A stretch of 52,314 nucleotides of DNA, the filler included, from Sphacelaria rigidula (lineage: Eukaryota): NCBI GenBank assembly GCA_964200075.2. It is 3 parts of 3 records of this genome, joined end to end, with 100 filler letters (N's around TTAATTAATTAA, not from the genome) between each part and the next. Parts side by side here need not be neighbours in the genome. Positions count along the whole stretch, not along the records: positions 17,478 to 34,847 come from CAXNAA020001097.1; positions 34,948 to 52,314 come from CAXNAA020001098.1; 1 more part is not named here. One strand, written 5' to 3'. Position numbers and translations under genes: made by a program. The notes beneath the pieces were generated by a model. The model did no database searches. It worked only from the letters and a program-made list of their open reading frames with translations, and was not told the DNA's origin. Shown here one piece after another: positions 25,701 to 37,900 of this stretch; within the stretch, counting starts at the first letter, position 1, and each line of letters opens with the position of its first letter.

Positions 25701-28700
25701 GGGTTTTCGGTTTGAAAAAACGACAATTGGCTAAGGCGAAAGGCGGAGGGAGTGGGAATTTGGAACACGCCACACTCGTATGCCCGCTTGACAGCCGCGC
25801 ACGATAAAGACTACCGCAGGTACGCAGCTCAACGCAGAAGGCCGGCAAGAACAAATATGACCACGAGCAATGTAGAAGGAAGTTCTGCTTGAACTCATCT
25901 CTGCGCAGGCTTCACTAATGAAGTCATGAAACTTGGGAACTGACGCGTGTACCGATATCGTGCATATGAATCAAATCCGACACCGAAAGTGTGGGCAGAA
26001 AAAATGCAACACGGTTGCAGAAAACGACTCTCCTGCATCATTCCCGTTTTCGTTTGACAATCAACATCGTAGGATTCGTTCATCACCTGAACTCGATCGG
26101 CCTCCAGCCCGTCCAGATCCTTGATCACCACGCGTGGGTGTTCTTGCGACTTGAAGCGGTCGCAACCTGTTGAAACGTTTCGCCGGCTGCGAGTGGTGCT
26201 GAGCGAGGGTCGAGCCACGGCTTTCCCCTGATGGAAGATGATAAAGGTAGCGATAGAAAATATCAAATAAGCTGGAAGAAGTTGGTCGGAGTACAGCGGG
26301 CTTTTTCGGGATGGTACAGCTCTCGTGTTACGTGAGGGCCACCGCAGCCAATCTCAACCCTGACCCGCACCTCCGGCACATGGACACACGCATGCAAGAG
26401 GCAGAGCAGATCAAAAAGCCCTGTGCTCACAGAGCATCCCTCGAAGTGCAGGTAGACCACTCTTGATCAGCTGAGGCCGTTGCCCACACATCCACCCATG
26501 AACGATTGCGACGCAATTGGTCATGGACACACCAAAAAACAAAGAAACTCTCTTCAGCTCGGCTACTGGTCTGCTGCCATCCCGCAAGCGCCCCGTTTTG
26601 ACATAGATTTCGCTGGCGAAGTGCTCGTTCGCGATGGTCGTACGCACACCTTGCTGGACAGAGCAGCCAACGATCTCATGCCAGCAGCTGTTTTCCGCGC
26701 GCCTGTCCGGGCAGTCTCTAGACCCCGAAGCCAGTGCTCGAAGGCGACAGCCGAGATCACTGCGGCGCCCAGCTGGCGCGCTTTGCCGGCGATAGAATAA
26801 GAAAGCGTGTCAGTCCGCTGTTGTGTCAGGTGTCCTGCTACTCCAGGCTGCGGCTGTTCCGTTTGAGCTTGGGTCATCTGTCCACCATCACGCATCGTAG
26901 GCCACAAGGGGTGTCGTCACATGATTATTGACGGACAGGCCGCGGAAGAGCACAATAATGAAATGTCGATCGTTCGGTAGCGTTTGGTAACCAGCGATGA
27001 AAGTCAACATCCAAGATATCACAATGACGTGTTTCCCAGATTATGCCAAAGCTCCGTTCACCACCATAGATAGACAGGTGGTGATAAAGATCATGTTGTT
27101 TTTCTAGCGGGCAACACTTGGCCCATATTCCAAGCAGACGGGTCGTCGGACGGGTACAAAGCACTGCCGTACGATTGAATATCCTGAGTTTAGCTCGAAT
27201 CGATGGAGTGCAGTAAGATGGCACAACCTGCAAAATGTTGAGCGTTTACAATGGAACGGAAAGTTCAATAGATAAGGCGCAGGTGACATTCGGGGAAGAG
27301 TGAAGGCATGGTACTGAAAAAATACTTGGTTTCGGAGGGCTTCCCACGAAAGTAACTATTTATAGCAAAGATGGGGCACACAGATAGTCAAATGAAAATG
27401 GCTCTCACCATTCGCTGAATGCGATCCCTCCGGCGCCCTCGCGATTGACCAACGCCAGCCGTAACCGCTGCTGCTAGTTTACCACTAGATCCTTCTATTG
27501 GCACATTTATATCTCCTGCTGTTACGCTCGCTGCGTTCACGCTTGCTGCTACTACACACACGGTAACATCTTCGCCCGGAAAATCCTTGCTGACAGTCAA
27601 TCCCGCCTCGCCGGCCCGGGTCGTCAAGTTCTGGTATCTTCCCACTAAGCTTGGGTCGAAAAAAAATACATCCTGCATGCAGTTGAACATTAGCGCGTGC
27701 GTGTACAAAAAGAGTCGCGCCACAGCAGTTAGCCCATGATCCCAAGGGGTCAACCCATCTCTCCCCAGTACACGCCTTGTGTTTCGGTATCGTGGAGTAG
27801 GTAAGCACTCCCGCACCGCGTCAACTCTCGGCGAATAAGCTGGGTCAACTTGTCGCCTACTCATGTACACCCGGTTCAACGTCTTGCCCACTTATGTACA
27901 CCCGCTTTCGACGGTGGAAATAAGATACTGCGAATAATGAACCCAACGCATTGGGAATCGAAACCACGTTTTCTCCACCCCAAAGCTGATGGTTGGACCA
28001 CTGGACCACCGGCGTGCGGCGGTAATGTTCTTCGAAAAGCGCTTGTCGACGTAAGCTATAGCGTGCAACACAGTTGAGTGGATTTCGACGTACTGTTGTA
28101 CCGTCGTGTGCAGAGATGGTGTAGCACCCCAGGGTAGGTAGTTGTTTAACTTCGATTTACCTTAAGTAAGGAATATACGCACCGCACGCCCGAAAGATTG
28201 CGTTTCATCAAAAGCTATCGACGATCTATTCCGTCACCCACGGTGTCAAGATCCACACAGGCATTTCAAAGTCAAGTAGTTCCCTTCGGCGCGAGACCAC
28301 GAGGTCATGCGAGGCCATGCACCCCTAAGCGCAGAACTCACGGTCTGACTATATTCCACCAGGCTCAACTCAACCGACCGGACCAGAAGGACGTACGAAA
28401 AAAAGTGCGTGAATTTTGTTGCGGCGACTTTTACACAAGTATTGCTACTGTAGTGCGAAAGGTGTTCGGTGCCCACAACGACACCGTGTGACATACAGTA
28501 GTGGGCAGTCCAACTATTCAACTATTCAGGGGTGTTTTGGGGTTTCCCTTGCGTACTAGTCTTCGATAGAACTCGAAATTGCTAGCGTCGGTAGATTTTG
28601 GCACATGAACAGATTATCCCCGAAACACAGTGCCCAAGCCAGTGTCAATTGGTGTTATCGGGCGATACGAGTAAATACCCCATTTATCAGGAGGGTGTTA

Positions 28701-29982
28701 TTGACCGTTAGTGCTAGAAGAAAAAAATGTACATTTATTCGCAGATATGATCGACAGGCTCCATCGACCGAAAATACCGAAGAGTTCGAATCTGGGCTGA
28801 AACGTGGCAGGACCCCCGATGACCGGTCAGCCCGTAAGTCACCCAATATTGAGCACAGATGATTTTTCTCCTTGGTATGTGGAGCGGATACAAATATATC
28901 TAGATCCTCAATGTGATGAGCGGTGGCAAGCGAAAAGAGCCCAAGAAAATCGCCAATTACGAAAAAAACAGACAAAATGACAAAGAATAAATGGTTAGAC
29001 CACCCGCCACTACTTCATGTCTGTGAACATCATGGTTTCAGTATGGTTGACCATATCGGAACTGTTGACCCGCGATGGCCCCCCGAAAAACAAGCTCAAG
29101 CTGAAGGGCGTGGTGTAATAACCCTGAATGTGAACATGTGAGCCAACGATAACTGTTTACGCCTTTCTTTGACCTTAGGGATACCCCTGCAGAACTGTAG
29201 AGATGAACAACAAAGTTCGTGAGCAGACAGCAGCTGAGCATAGGCCCGTGCGCTCAAGACCGGCTGTACGCTGTAGAGTAGGTAGGGAACCGGCAGAACC
29301 TCATCGATACGTACGGGACAGAGGAATGAACGCCATCCAGGCAACGGTCGGGAAGGAGAAAAATCGGCGCCCTCCCTCTTCCTGAGTGATCCCAAACGCG
29401 CGCAATGTACGTTGCACCAATACCTGCACATGGCTGTACGCTCTGACTGTTGCGGGTTCCTTTACTTCAAGGTAACGGACATGGCAGTGCATCACACACT
29501 ACTGTACTATTGCGCATTGCTGTACTCTGAATAGATCGTCAGTATGGTACTGCTCTGTATCAGTAACCTAATCAGTGTACAGGTACTGAGGAACTGTTGT
29601 ACTGTTTAAGACGTTGTGCCGTTTCTTGTCACCTGACGGTCAGCCAAGGCACAGGGGATTCATGCCAGCTGAACGGGAGAAGATGGAAACGCGACTGCAC
29701 CTCCCCAAAACCAAGCACGCCAGGACAGATAGTTTGCTTGACATCTCCCGTCTATAAATGTAGACGCACATGAGATTGTTTGGAGCAGAGATGCAGTGCT
29801 CAACAGAGGTCACCGTACAGCAGTAAAGGGAGGAACATAACGGCGCCAACTCCAACAGTCACCACATTCGCCCTGCTATCTGTAAATTTGGGAACCAGCA
29901 CAATGAAAGGAATGGCCCTAGGCTGTGGAGAGACGTATGGACAAGGTATGAACACATAGCTCACCTTGGCGGACAAGCTCAT
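22791..29982 (-). CDS. DBF4: Dbf4-like regulatory subunit of Cdc7/DDK kinase (BRCT-like N motif, M motif, DBF4-type zinc finger, long low-complexity tail)
   Basis: Phase-0 GT-AG exons: 27409-27672 (DVFFFDPSL..GLTVSKDF..VTVCVV), 26650-26877 (SIAGKARQLGAAVISAVAFEHWL), 26087-26227 (HPRVVIKDLDG), 25592-25675 (PPGICPF), 25227-25400 (GWCECCERQY), 22791-25013 (HCAGEEH.., then S/A/T/R-rich tail to TGA). Zinc finger is C-x2-C..H-x5-H split by an intron. Tentative phase-compatible 5' exons: 29965-29982 (GCC-ATG, MSLSAK), 29633-29751, 29161-29194. Confidence 0.8.
27735..28021 (-). mobile_element. tRNA-derived SINE, copy 3 (in DBF4 intron)
   Basis: Minus strand has A box TGGTCCAGTGG, B box GGTTTCGATTCC, then AGTATCTTATTTCC..GAAAGCG and GTTGACGCGGTGCGGGAGTGC..GGGGAGAGATGGGTTG, as in copy 1. 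Confidence 0.75.
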
Positions 29983-30180
29983 GGCGATCGCACTCGCTTG
30001 CGTGGGCTACAGCATGAAGTGGTTTGAACCCTTCAATCAAGCAACACGGACAAGTTTTTGAATTTCGGCACGTAATGACTACCACATTTATGAAATAAGG
30101 GCAACGGAGGGCGATCCATCCGATCGTTGGAATCTTCGACTTCAGCATTGACTGCGAGTATTATATATATATATATATAT

Positions 30181-30359
30181 TACGTAATGGGTTAATGGCG
30201 TGTCATATGAGTGTTTCTTTTGAAGAAGCACGTTTTTGTATTAAAATTTTAGATATTTTATGGGATGAAGGGTTAATTAGAGGATACAAAATAATAGATA
30301 ATGGTCTTACACAGATATTTCTTTTGTATAGTGGCGGATATTCTCAAATACAACGTTTA
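30181..30359 (+). pseudogene. rps8: Organelle-derived insertion (NUMT) of ribosomal protein S8, internal fragment
   Basis: AT-rich, intronless, uninterrupted RNGLMACHMSVSFEEARFCIKILDILWDEGLIRGYKII..IFLLY matches the uS8 pattern IRNa....ILxxEGfIxgy. Bounded by (AT)n and (TATC)n. Confidence 0.8.
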
Positions 30360-30959
30360 TCTATCTATCTATCTATCTATATATATGAGTATATCACTGC
30401 CCTTCGCGCAGTAATTTTCCATCCACGTCATTATACAGGTATTTCTAAAGTCTTGATAAAAGTTCCGGCTAAGACTTGAGCTGCGAAATGGGTATCAATC
30501 TTGAATGGACACGGCGCTGCTCCTCTGTATTCAACAAACGAAAAAAGATCAGTATAACGGTTGTTTGTTCGGAGTACCATGTACAGTAAGGTATATATAT
30601 ATGTCAGCCGAAAAAGCAACACGTTTTTTACCACCCCCGAAAAATTACGGTGCGGTGCAATTGAAAAAACATGATGAAGCAGGGAAGCGGAATCTTTTTG
30701 ACAAAAAAAATGTGGGAAGCACCCATGACTACTGTTTCGAAGAGCTCCGTCTTGGGTTTACCCACCAAAGCGCACGAACTAGCTATGTATGGGTATTTTT
30801 CTGGAGGTGAGAGAGTTGTACAAACCTTCAAGTCATTTTCCATCTTGGCATCCAAACAGAGAACGGGCCTTGAACGGGCTTGTAGGTTGTGGGAGCTTGA
30901 TGGGAAGAGCTGCGAACCAATGAGGCGCCAGATCTGGGCTCTGCACCGAACTGGGTAGT

Positions 30960-33280
30960 GCTGCTGCACCAAAACCACTCAGAACTCGCCCTGACGATCG
31001 AGATTACATCAACAGTAAGGTGATTGGCGCATACGACCGCGAAGTAAACAAGGATATTGGTGGCACCCTGCTCAACCTTCGTGCCGAAGACAGAACCGTC
31101 TATCTCGTCGACATCTGCTTCAGCGCGCGCTAAAAGGCCAATCCCACGCGTTCGAAACGACGAAACTCCCGACGACAATATATCGATTCGACTATGTGCT
31201 CCTGCGCTAAGCAGAGCGCTGTCGTCTCGTACGAACCGCGGGCGTAGACACAGTGGCGAAGAAGGATTTCCATCATTCAAATCATGTGTCGACCCGACCT
31301 CTGAGCCGAAGAGCCACCAACCGCTAGAAACACGATCGCACCGAAGAAGGTAGAAGGAGACAGCTGGACCACAGGCAGCTCGCGAATCGATCCATCCGGG
31401 GGGAGATGTTTCGCGCTATTGGAGCACAACTTTGTTCCGCAGTCCACCTCACTACAACACCCATGGTCTATAGCTCGATCGCATCTTAATTTATATCGTC
31501 TGCACAATGGCGACCGAGATAATCCCACCAGCATCGGGACAAACGCGCCAACTCGACTGGTGCGACCCCAACACTCACGGACAGACTGAGGCCGCACTGT
31601 AGGTTAATCATGACGCGCGAGAAGCCGCAGAAGCCGCCCCAACGAAGAAGGCTGCCTTCGCGACCGACAAATTACTCAAGCAGCTTGATGAAAAACGCAA
31701 TCGCAACCTGTCTGCGCAATCAAGTCAAATAATATGAGGGAAGCCTCCGAACCAGCGGTGACCAGAAGGGCATACATGCGCATCTCAAGGGCATGAACCC
31801 AGAGGGGTCCGAGAAATGTCAATCTCACAATATCAACGACGGAGAGGACAACTTTCTGGGAGATCGAGTGGACATCACCGAATGGTTAGCGCAGATACGC
31901 CTACATGCTGCTGAATGTGAAGGCGGACACCATCGACCCCACCACCGTGATGCGATATGATGATCGCGTGATTCCCAGACTGCTAGAGCTCGGTGGAGCT
32001 CAGACTACTTCGCAATACACGTGTGCTTTGTTGACCTAGCGAAAGCGTATGACTCGTTTGGCCGCGATCTTCCCTGGACCGTGCTCGCGTGATTCGGGGT
32101 GCCCTCTGAGATAACCGCAGTCAGTCGCCAGTTCCATGACGCGAGGTGGACGTATATAGTAAGTAGATGGATAGCCGGCAGCCATCGGACCGATTCGAAA
32201 TCCAACGAGGACTCCGACAAGGATGCGTGCTGGCCTCACCGCTTTTCAACATAGTCTTCGTACCCGTCCTGGGTACGGCGAAGGAGGCGTTTTTATCGAT
32301 CGAAACGGTGTTACATGGCATGGTGTAAAGACGGGACCGTAAAAAGAAGTGCGCCGGGGGGAAGAGGAGAATGGGCTTCAAGGCGGGGAAGATAGCGCCG
32401 GGCCAGGGCTACAAGGACTGGAAGGTGGTACCTAAGCTCAAGAGATGAGGATGAGGCAGGACACAAAGCGCTCCGACAGTTGCTGTGGGGTGAGCTGTAC
32501 GCCGACGATACTGATATTGTGCCACGGTCACAGATATGCGTGCGAACACCAGACTGACCGTGTCGGAGAAGAAGGTGGGCACCATGTGCATGCGTGGACC
32601 GCAGCAAAAGCAGACACCTTCACATCAGGGCACCGGGGCAACGGTGTGCCCAAACAGAGAAATCCGTGTGCGTAGAGATATCTATCAACGGAAAGGTTGA
32701 CATGACCCCCGAGCTTCAACGACGGGCCGGACTCGTGCGGTGGAAGTGCAGAAAGCTCGATCGAGTGCTCTACGACAGAGGGACATCGGCCGCACCGCTG
32801 GACCTTACTACTCCAGGTCCTCCTCTGCGGCTACTCAACACAGACGCGAAAGTTGATCCACCACAGCAATTGCGCACGCGTCACTGACTCCCATTTGCGA
32901 TGCATTTGATTATTCCGCGACCGGGAGATACTGTTTTCTGCGTGAAAGCTCTCGAGAGAGCTGGATGGGAGCGCATCGGAACAAAAATCAAGGGCGTAAA
33001 CTGCGAACAGCGGTCGCTGGCCCATGAGGATTATGGATGGAGCGTTGGAAGGAGGGGAGCACGAAGTAGAGGAAGGGAAAAATATAGCAGAACCATCTTG
33101 ACCAACGACCTGAGAAAATTCGGGACGGGTTTTACAACTGGAAACAGACGCTGAGAACGACATCCGATGGTACGACGAGGTGGACGACGGAGTGACGAGA
33201 ATCATTACGGCATGGGCAACCGGGGAGAAAGCCGCTAGCTAAACAAGAAAAAAGAGAAGGAGAGGAAGAAAAATGACAAA
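30960..33280 (+). mobile_element. Decayed RTE-like non-LTR retrotransposon (APE + RT remnants)
   Basis: Broken frames give KVIGAY..LL, YRFDYVLLR (APE C-terminus), CFVDLAKAYDS, GLRQGCVLASPLFNI, LYADD, LTVSEKK. Boundaries approximate. Confidence 0.8.
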
Positions 33281-33399
33281 ACGATTTGATCGAACGGACC
33301 TCACTTACCTCCCGCCGATTGCACGGTGCTGCATACGGTAGCAATGTTTTTTCTGATTCATGTCTATTTTTCTTTTTACATATTTTCGTTCTCCTCAAA

Positions 33400-34550
33400 A
33401 AATGTCTACTTTTCTCTTCCTCGTTCTCTCATTGGTTGCCTCTGGATATGTCTACTACGTGTATGTACCCTTAGATTATTTCTATTACTTCTTCTGGTAA
33501 ATCGTGATTGCTGTATTAGCATGCCGTTGCTCGGTTCTGTTCCTACGCGATTTTTTTGTGTTGATGGTGTATTCCTTTTTGCGTGGGAAAGTATAATCTG
33601 CCGTTCGCCACTGGAGAGTCGTACCCCCACCAGCGGAGTGGTGTTTTCATGCGTGCTTGCCCGAAAATATTCTATCTTTAGACCACGGGGTGCTATTATG
33701 GGCTCTTGTTTCGCAGTCGAGGAGTGGTCCCGAAGCTTCTCAGATCATAACCAAGGATGCCCGCCAGTTCTTTCCCGTACCCCCGTTTATGTTGCCCCCC
33801 TTCCCGTCCAGACTTTCGCCCACAGTCCTCTTGGGCCGGCGATCGTTGCCCAGGCGTACAACTTTTCCAGCGGACTAGAGTCGCCTACGGTTGGTTATTT
33901 CAATCTTCTCACATCCCGTGATATCCGGGGTTTCTACGTGGGAAAGAACTTTTCCGATGGGCCTGCGGAATTGTCGGATGCACCGCAGCAGGAGATGGTC
34001 TTTCTGGGAGTCCACGCTGAGGAGCCGCGTAGGAGGACTTCGAGGACTTTGGCCTTCAGCATGTGGATCTTGGGATCCAGTGGTGCAGCCGGTGCCCCTC
34101 TGCCATAGAGAACTCAGCCGAGCTTTCTCAACTTCCACCACGCGAATGGGGTCCGGTGTTTGATGTCGGGACTCGTGTCAGCATCTCCGCTGATGTAGGT
34201 TCTTAGATAAAAAGAAGTTATCTGCCTGAACGTATCGCTTCCCCGCTGCCCTGGTGTCCATTGTGTCCGCTTGTCGGTGCGGTGTAGGCATGCATATGGT
34301 CTCCGATTTCTTCTCCGACACGGTCAATCCAAATGCTTTGCACGCTAGGACAGATGCTGTCGTGATCTTGGTAAGACTTGCCGATGACGTTGACACAAAG
34401 CCAGCGTCATCGGCGTGCAGCGTACTCCTTGAACCTCTCCTCTTCGACATCCTTGGTCTCCCTGGACTTTTCAACCACCTTATCTTGGCAGCCTTGGCCC
34501 GGCGCCACCTTCCCTCCCTCGTTTCCCCTCCTCGTCTCCCCCCACCCCTT
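33400..34550 (-). mobile_element. 5'-truncated RTE-like LINE, same family, opposite orientation
   Basis: LHADDAGFV..AFGLTVSEKKSETICM, then KIHMLKAKVLEVLLRGSSAWT. Nucleotide similarity to 32390-33280. Confidence 0.8.
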
Positions 34551-34847
34551 TTCCCCCATTGTGCGCGGTGGGAAACCTCAACTCTGCGCAAAGGAGATGG
34601 GCGTACTACGTGGTGTTTAAATGGTAAGGCACCCATAAGACAGTGTGTAAGCCGTGGCTGTCTCTGGAAGTGGCGATAACAGAAAATGAAGCAACTCATA
34701 GGAGACTGCCATCCAAATGCAAGATAATCAGTACGCTTCAGGCCGAACAATCTTAGCAGGATGCAGCTCACCCTTCATGCGACTCGCGGAACACACCGCG
34801 GCGTTTTGCACTTGGTGATTGATCGCGAGCCTGGTCCGGCGAAAACC

Positions 34848-34947
34848 NNNNNNNNNNNNNNNNNNNNNNNNNNNNNNNNNNNNNNNNNNNNTTAATTAAT
34901 TAANNNNNNNNNNNNNNNNNNNNNNNNNNNNNNNNNNNNNNNNNNNN
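34848..34947. other. Artificial scaffold linker / assembly gap
   Basis: Same 100-bp N/TTAATTAATTAA construct as at 17378. Confidence 0.97.
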
Positions 34948-37900
34948 AAAACGAAAATCCGCAACACAAGGCAGAAAAACAACACGTGGCAACCGTCCTT
35001 GTAAACGGGAGCGGTTATCGTGTGTATGAAGCAAGCAGGGTCAAAACGTTTCAGCCAAGAAGGTCAAAACATTTTCGGCAACCCATGTCAATATAAAATT
35101 AACGTAGTACGCACAAAAAAAGGGGACACGTCATTACCAATCCTGCAGGGGGGAGCGGTATGCGTGTGCGGAGCGGTTGGGCAAGAGCGCAATTATTCCA
35201 GACGGGGAGGTCAGGTATATGCAGCGCTCGCTACTAAAACTCTCACCCGAAAAGGCAAAAAAATAAAGAAAAATACCGACGACATATGCCACAAAAAAAA
35301 GAGGACACGTCATGACCGGTCCCGAAAAGGGAGGCGGCACTCGCGTGCAGAGCGATCGAACAAAAGCGCAAATATTCCAGATGTGTGCGTCAGCTATGGC
35401 TAGCGCTTGCTCCGGAAACTTTTCCATCGAAACAAAAAGTCAAAGATAAAGACCATGTAATAACAAAGCAAGACAACATGTGCGTACAACGAAAAACAAA
35501 TGAAGACAGAATCAACTCGTGGCAACTGTTCCGTTGGACGGAATGGTTGTGAATGTACGGCGCGGAGGACGGAGCTTCAAGGTTCCAGACTCGGGGTCAG
35601 GAATGGAACGATCGTCACTTGTACTTCGCCAGATGAACCCAGGAGTACCCAAGAAAAGTACCCATTGAACACAAAAAATCGAACACAAAGGACGAGGCGA
35701 AAAGAAAAGGAGACAAAAACACAATATAACAAAGACAACAACAAAGGCAAAGAAAATCGAAGCAAAACAAACAGGGTCCAAAGCAACAAAAAAAAACGTA
35801 ACGCAAAAACAAAGAATATAAAATACAAAAACGAAAGACCAAATACCAAACACGACACACCGACACACATCAATCCCTACGAGTACGGGGCTAATCAGTA
35901 CGAAAAAAATTGAAGTGGAGGAGGGGGGGAACACATGGTTTTCCAACGACGCTACAATGCAAGACAAGCGACTCGAACGCGGTGCACTACGCAAGGTGAA
36001 TGGGGAAGCAGACTCGGATGCGGCATCATGAGTCATTTGCATCCCAAGCGGTGTCCGTGTTCCGTAGAACGGCTGTTTCGAGTTCGCCTTGGTCGTGTCG
36101 TTGGAGGCACCAGGATCCCCTCCGAGCGGTCGGCTCCTCGGTGTAGTACGCATCATCAAAGCGAATCTTAAATGGGCTCGGGTCATCGAAGAAACGGTTC
36201 AAGTAATAGTGGTCAGATGCAGGGTCGACAAAATGAATTTTACCCAACCACCACAGTGAATCCAAAGCCTTATACCAAAAATACGCCCCTTTCGGCAATC
36301 GTTTCCCATGGAAACACTGCATGTATTGTGAACGCGAAAGAAGGGTATATCCTGTCACAACAAACCGCGCTGAGTGTTCACGTGTCAGTTCTCGAGCGGC
36401 AGCTCCCTTGCGCATCGACCGATATCTCTTATTCAGCGGGCGGTGTTGGACGGTATCTCCTACCCAGTACAGCAATATTTCCCGACGAAAATGACGCAAC
36501 TCAATCTCACGGTCCCATGTAACACGCATGATACCCTTCCAATGTGTTTGATACATTACCGCTATCTTATTTCCACGATCACGAACCAGTTGATGACCCA
36601 AAATCCTATCTACCTCAACGCGTTCCAGGGGTGCGTCCGCATCCGCGACCGCCATATGATACGGCGGAGTTTTGATCGTATTATACTTGGTCAACACATA
36701 CTGGCTAAGCCCTACCGGCAGTTGTTTGGGCATGTCAGAAGAGTCATGAAGGGGGATGCACGGTTTGCATCGTAGCATCGAGACGCGATTTTTCGGTTTC
36801 AAACCAGGTTCATCCGTGGGAAAATCTAAATACAAAAGTTTCGCTCCCACCGGACTCTTGTCGGGTGCGGTAGCGCTCGGACCAACAGCTAAAATTTCCC
36901 AAGGACCAGTCCAATTCAAGGATAGTTTCGCCTTCAACACTTTATCCAAAGATGATGATTTCGAGCTAGCCCCTTGATTGATGGTCTTCACATCGTTATA
37001 CACCCATGCCCATTGGCCTACCTTCCACACCGGGCGGTTATGCACCACATCATCCAACATCGAGTTCGCCCTGGCCACCTTGGCCAAATTGATTTGGTTC
37101 TGTTCTCGTACCACTTCATATGCAAGACGGAGACGATTGCTAACCGACAAATGATACTCTGCAACGTCACGATCCAGACTCTGATGTCCACCTGTATTTT
37201 TGCGTTCGAATACCGTTAAAGGTAACCGAGGCATGCGTCCAATATGAATTTCATTCGGCGACAATCCCGTAGCGGCATTGACTGAATTGTTGTAGTTCAT
37301 CTGGACAAGGGGCAGGTGCAGATCCCAGTCCATCTGTCTCTCATTCGCTACAGCAGCAAGCATCTGCGCCATCGTATGGTTCATTCGTTCCGTTCCACAT
37401 TGGTGGAAGGGTGATATGAGCTAGGTAAAATGCAATGGGCACCCAAAAGGTCACTGACGGCGGCAGAAAGTTTGTCTGAAAAATGCGGGCCGTTGTCAGA
37501 GAGTAAGCGTTTGGGCACACCCCACAGTGGGATGTGCATGTAGACAAGAATGTTGGCGGTACGTTCCGCGGTATAACTACTGGGGGGGACGGCGTGCATC
37601 ACCGCATGTCGACTAAATCTATCCGTAAACAACAAAGTATACTTCCGTCAGGGGCAAAGGACCAAATTAGTCCCACGACCTACTTCACCAGGTCCGTTTG
37701 GGAGTGGCATTGAAACAATCGGCCAACGAACTGTTTGACGAGAAGTTTTTCGCACCTGACACAAAAGACAACGCCTCACCCACCATCGACAACACTGATC
37801 CATACAAATCCATCAATAAAAACGTTCCAACATCTGGGAGGTCCTAATGGCGCCTAAATGAGTCGATGCCTGTGAATGGCATTCGTGTAGAACCCATGGG

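Noticed and set aside
25895-25940. Extra DBF4 exon FPSFMTSLVKPAQR with a non-canonical AT donor
   Set aside because: Unnecessary: exon 26087-26227 joins 25592-25675 in phase via canonical sites and restores the M motif.
27673-27891. N-terminal half of ORF 27388-27891
   Set aside because: Largely within SINE copy 3 and intron; only 27409-27672 is exon.
28877-28896. lac-operator-like GGAGCGGATACAAAT
   Set aside because: Partial chance match, with no other vector sequence nearby.
35020-36186. K/N-rich and F/L/V-rich ORFs
   Set aside because: Products of A-rich/T-rich compositional bias in the 3' non-coding region of element A.
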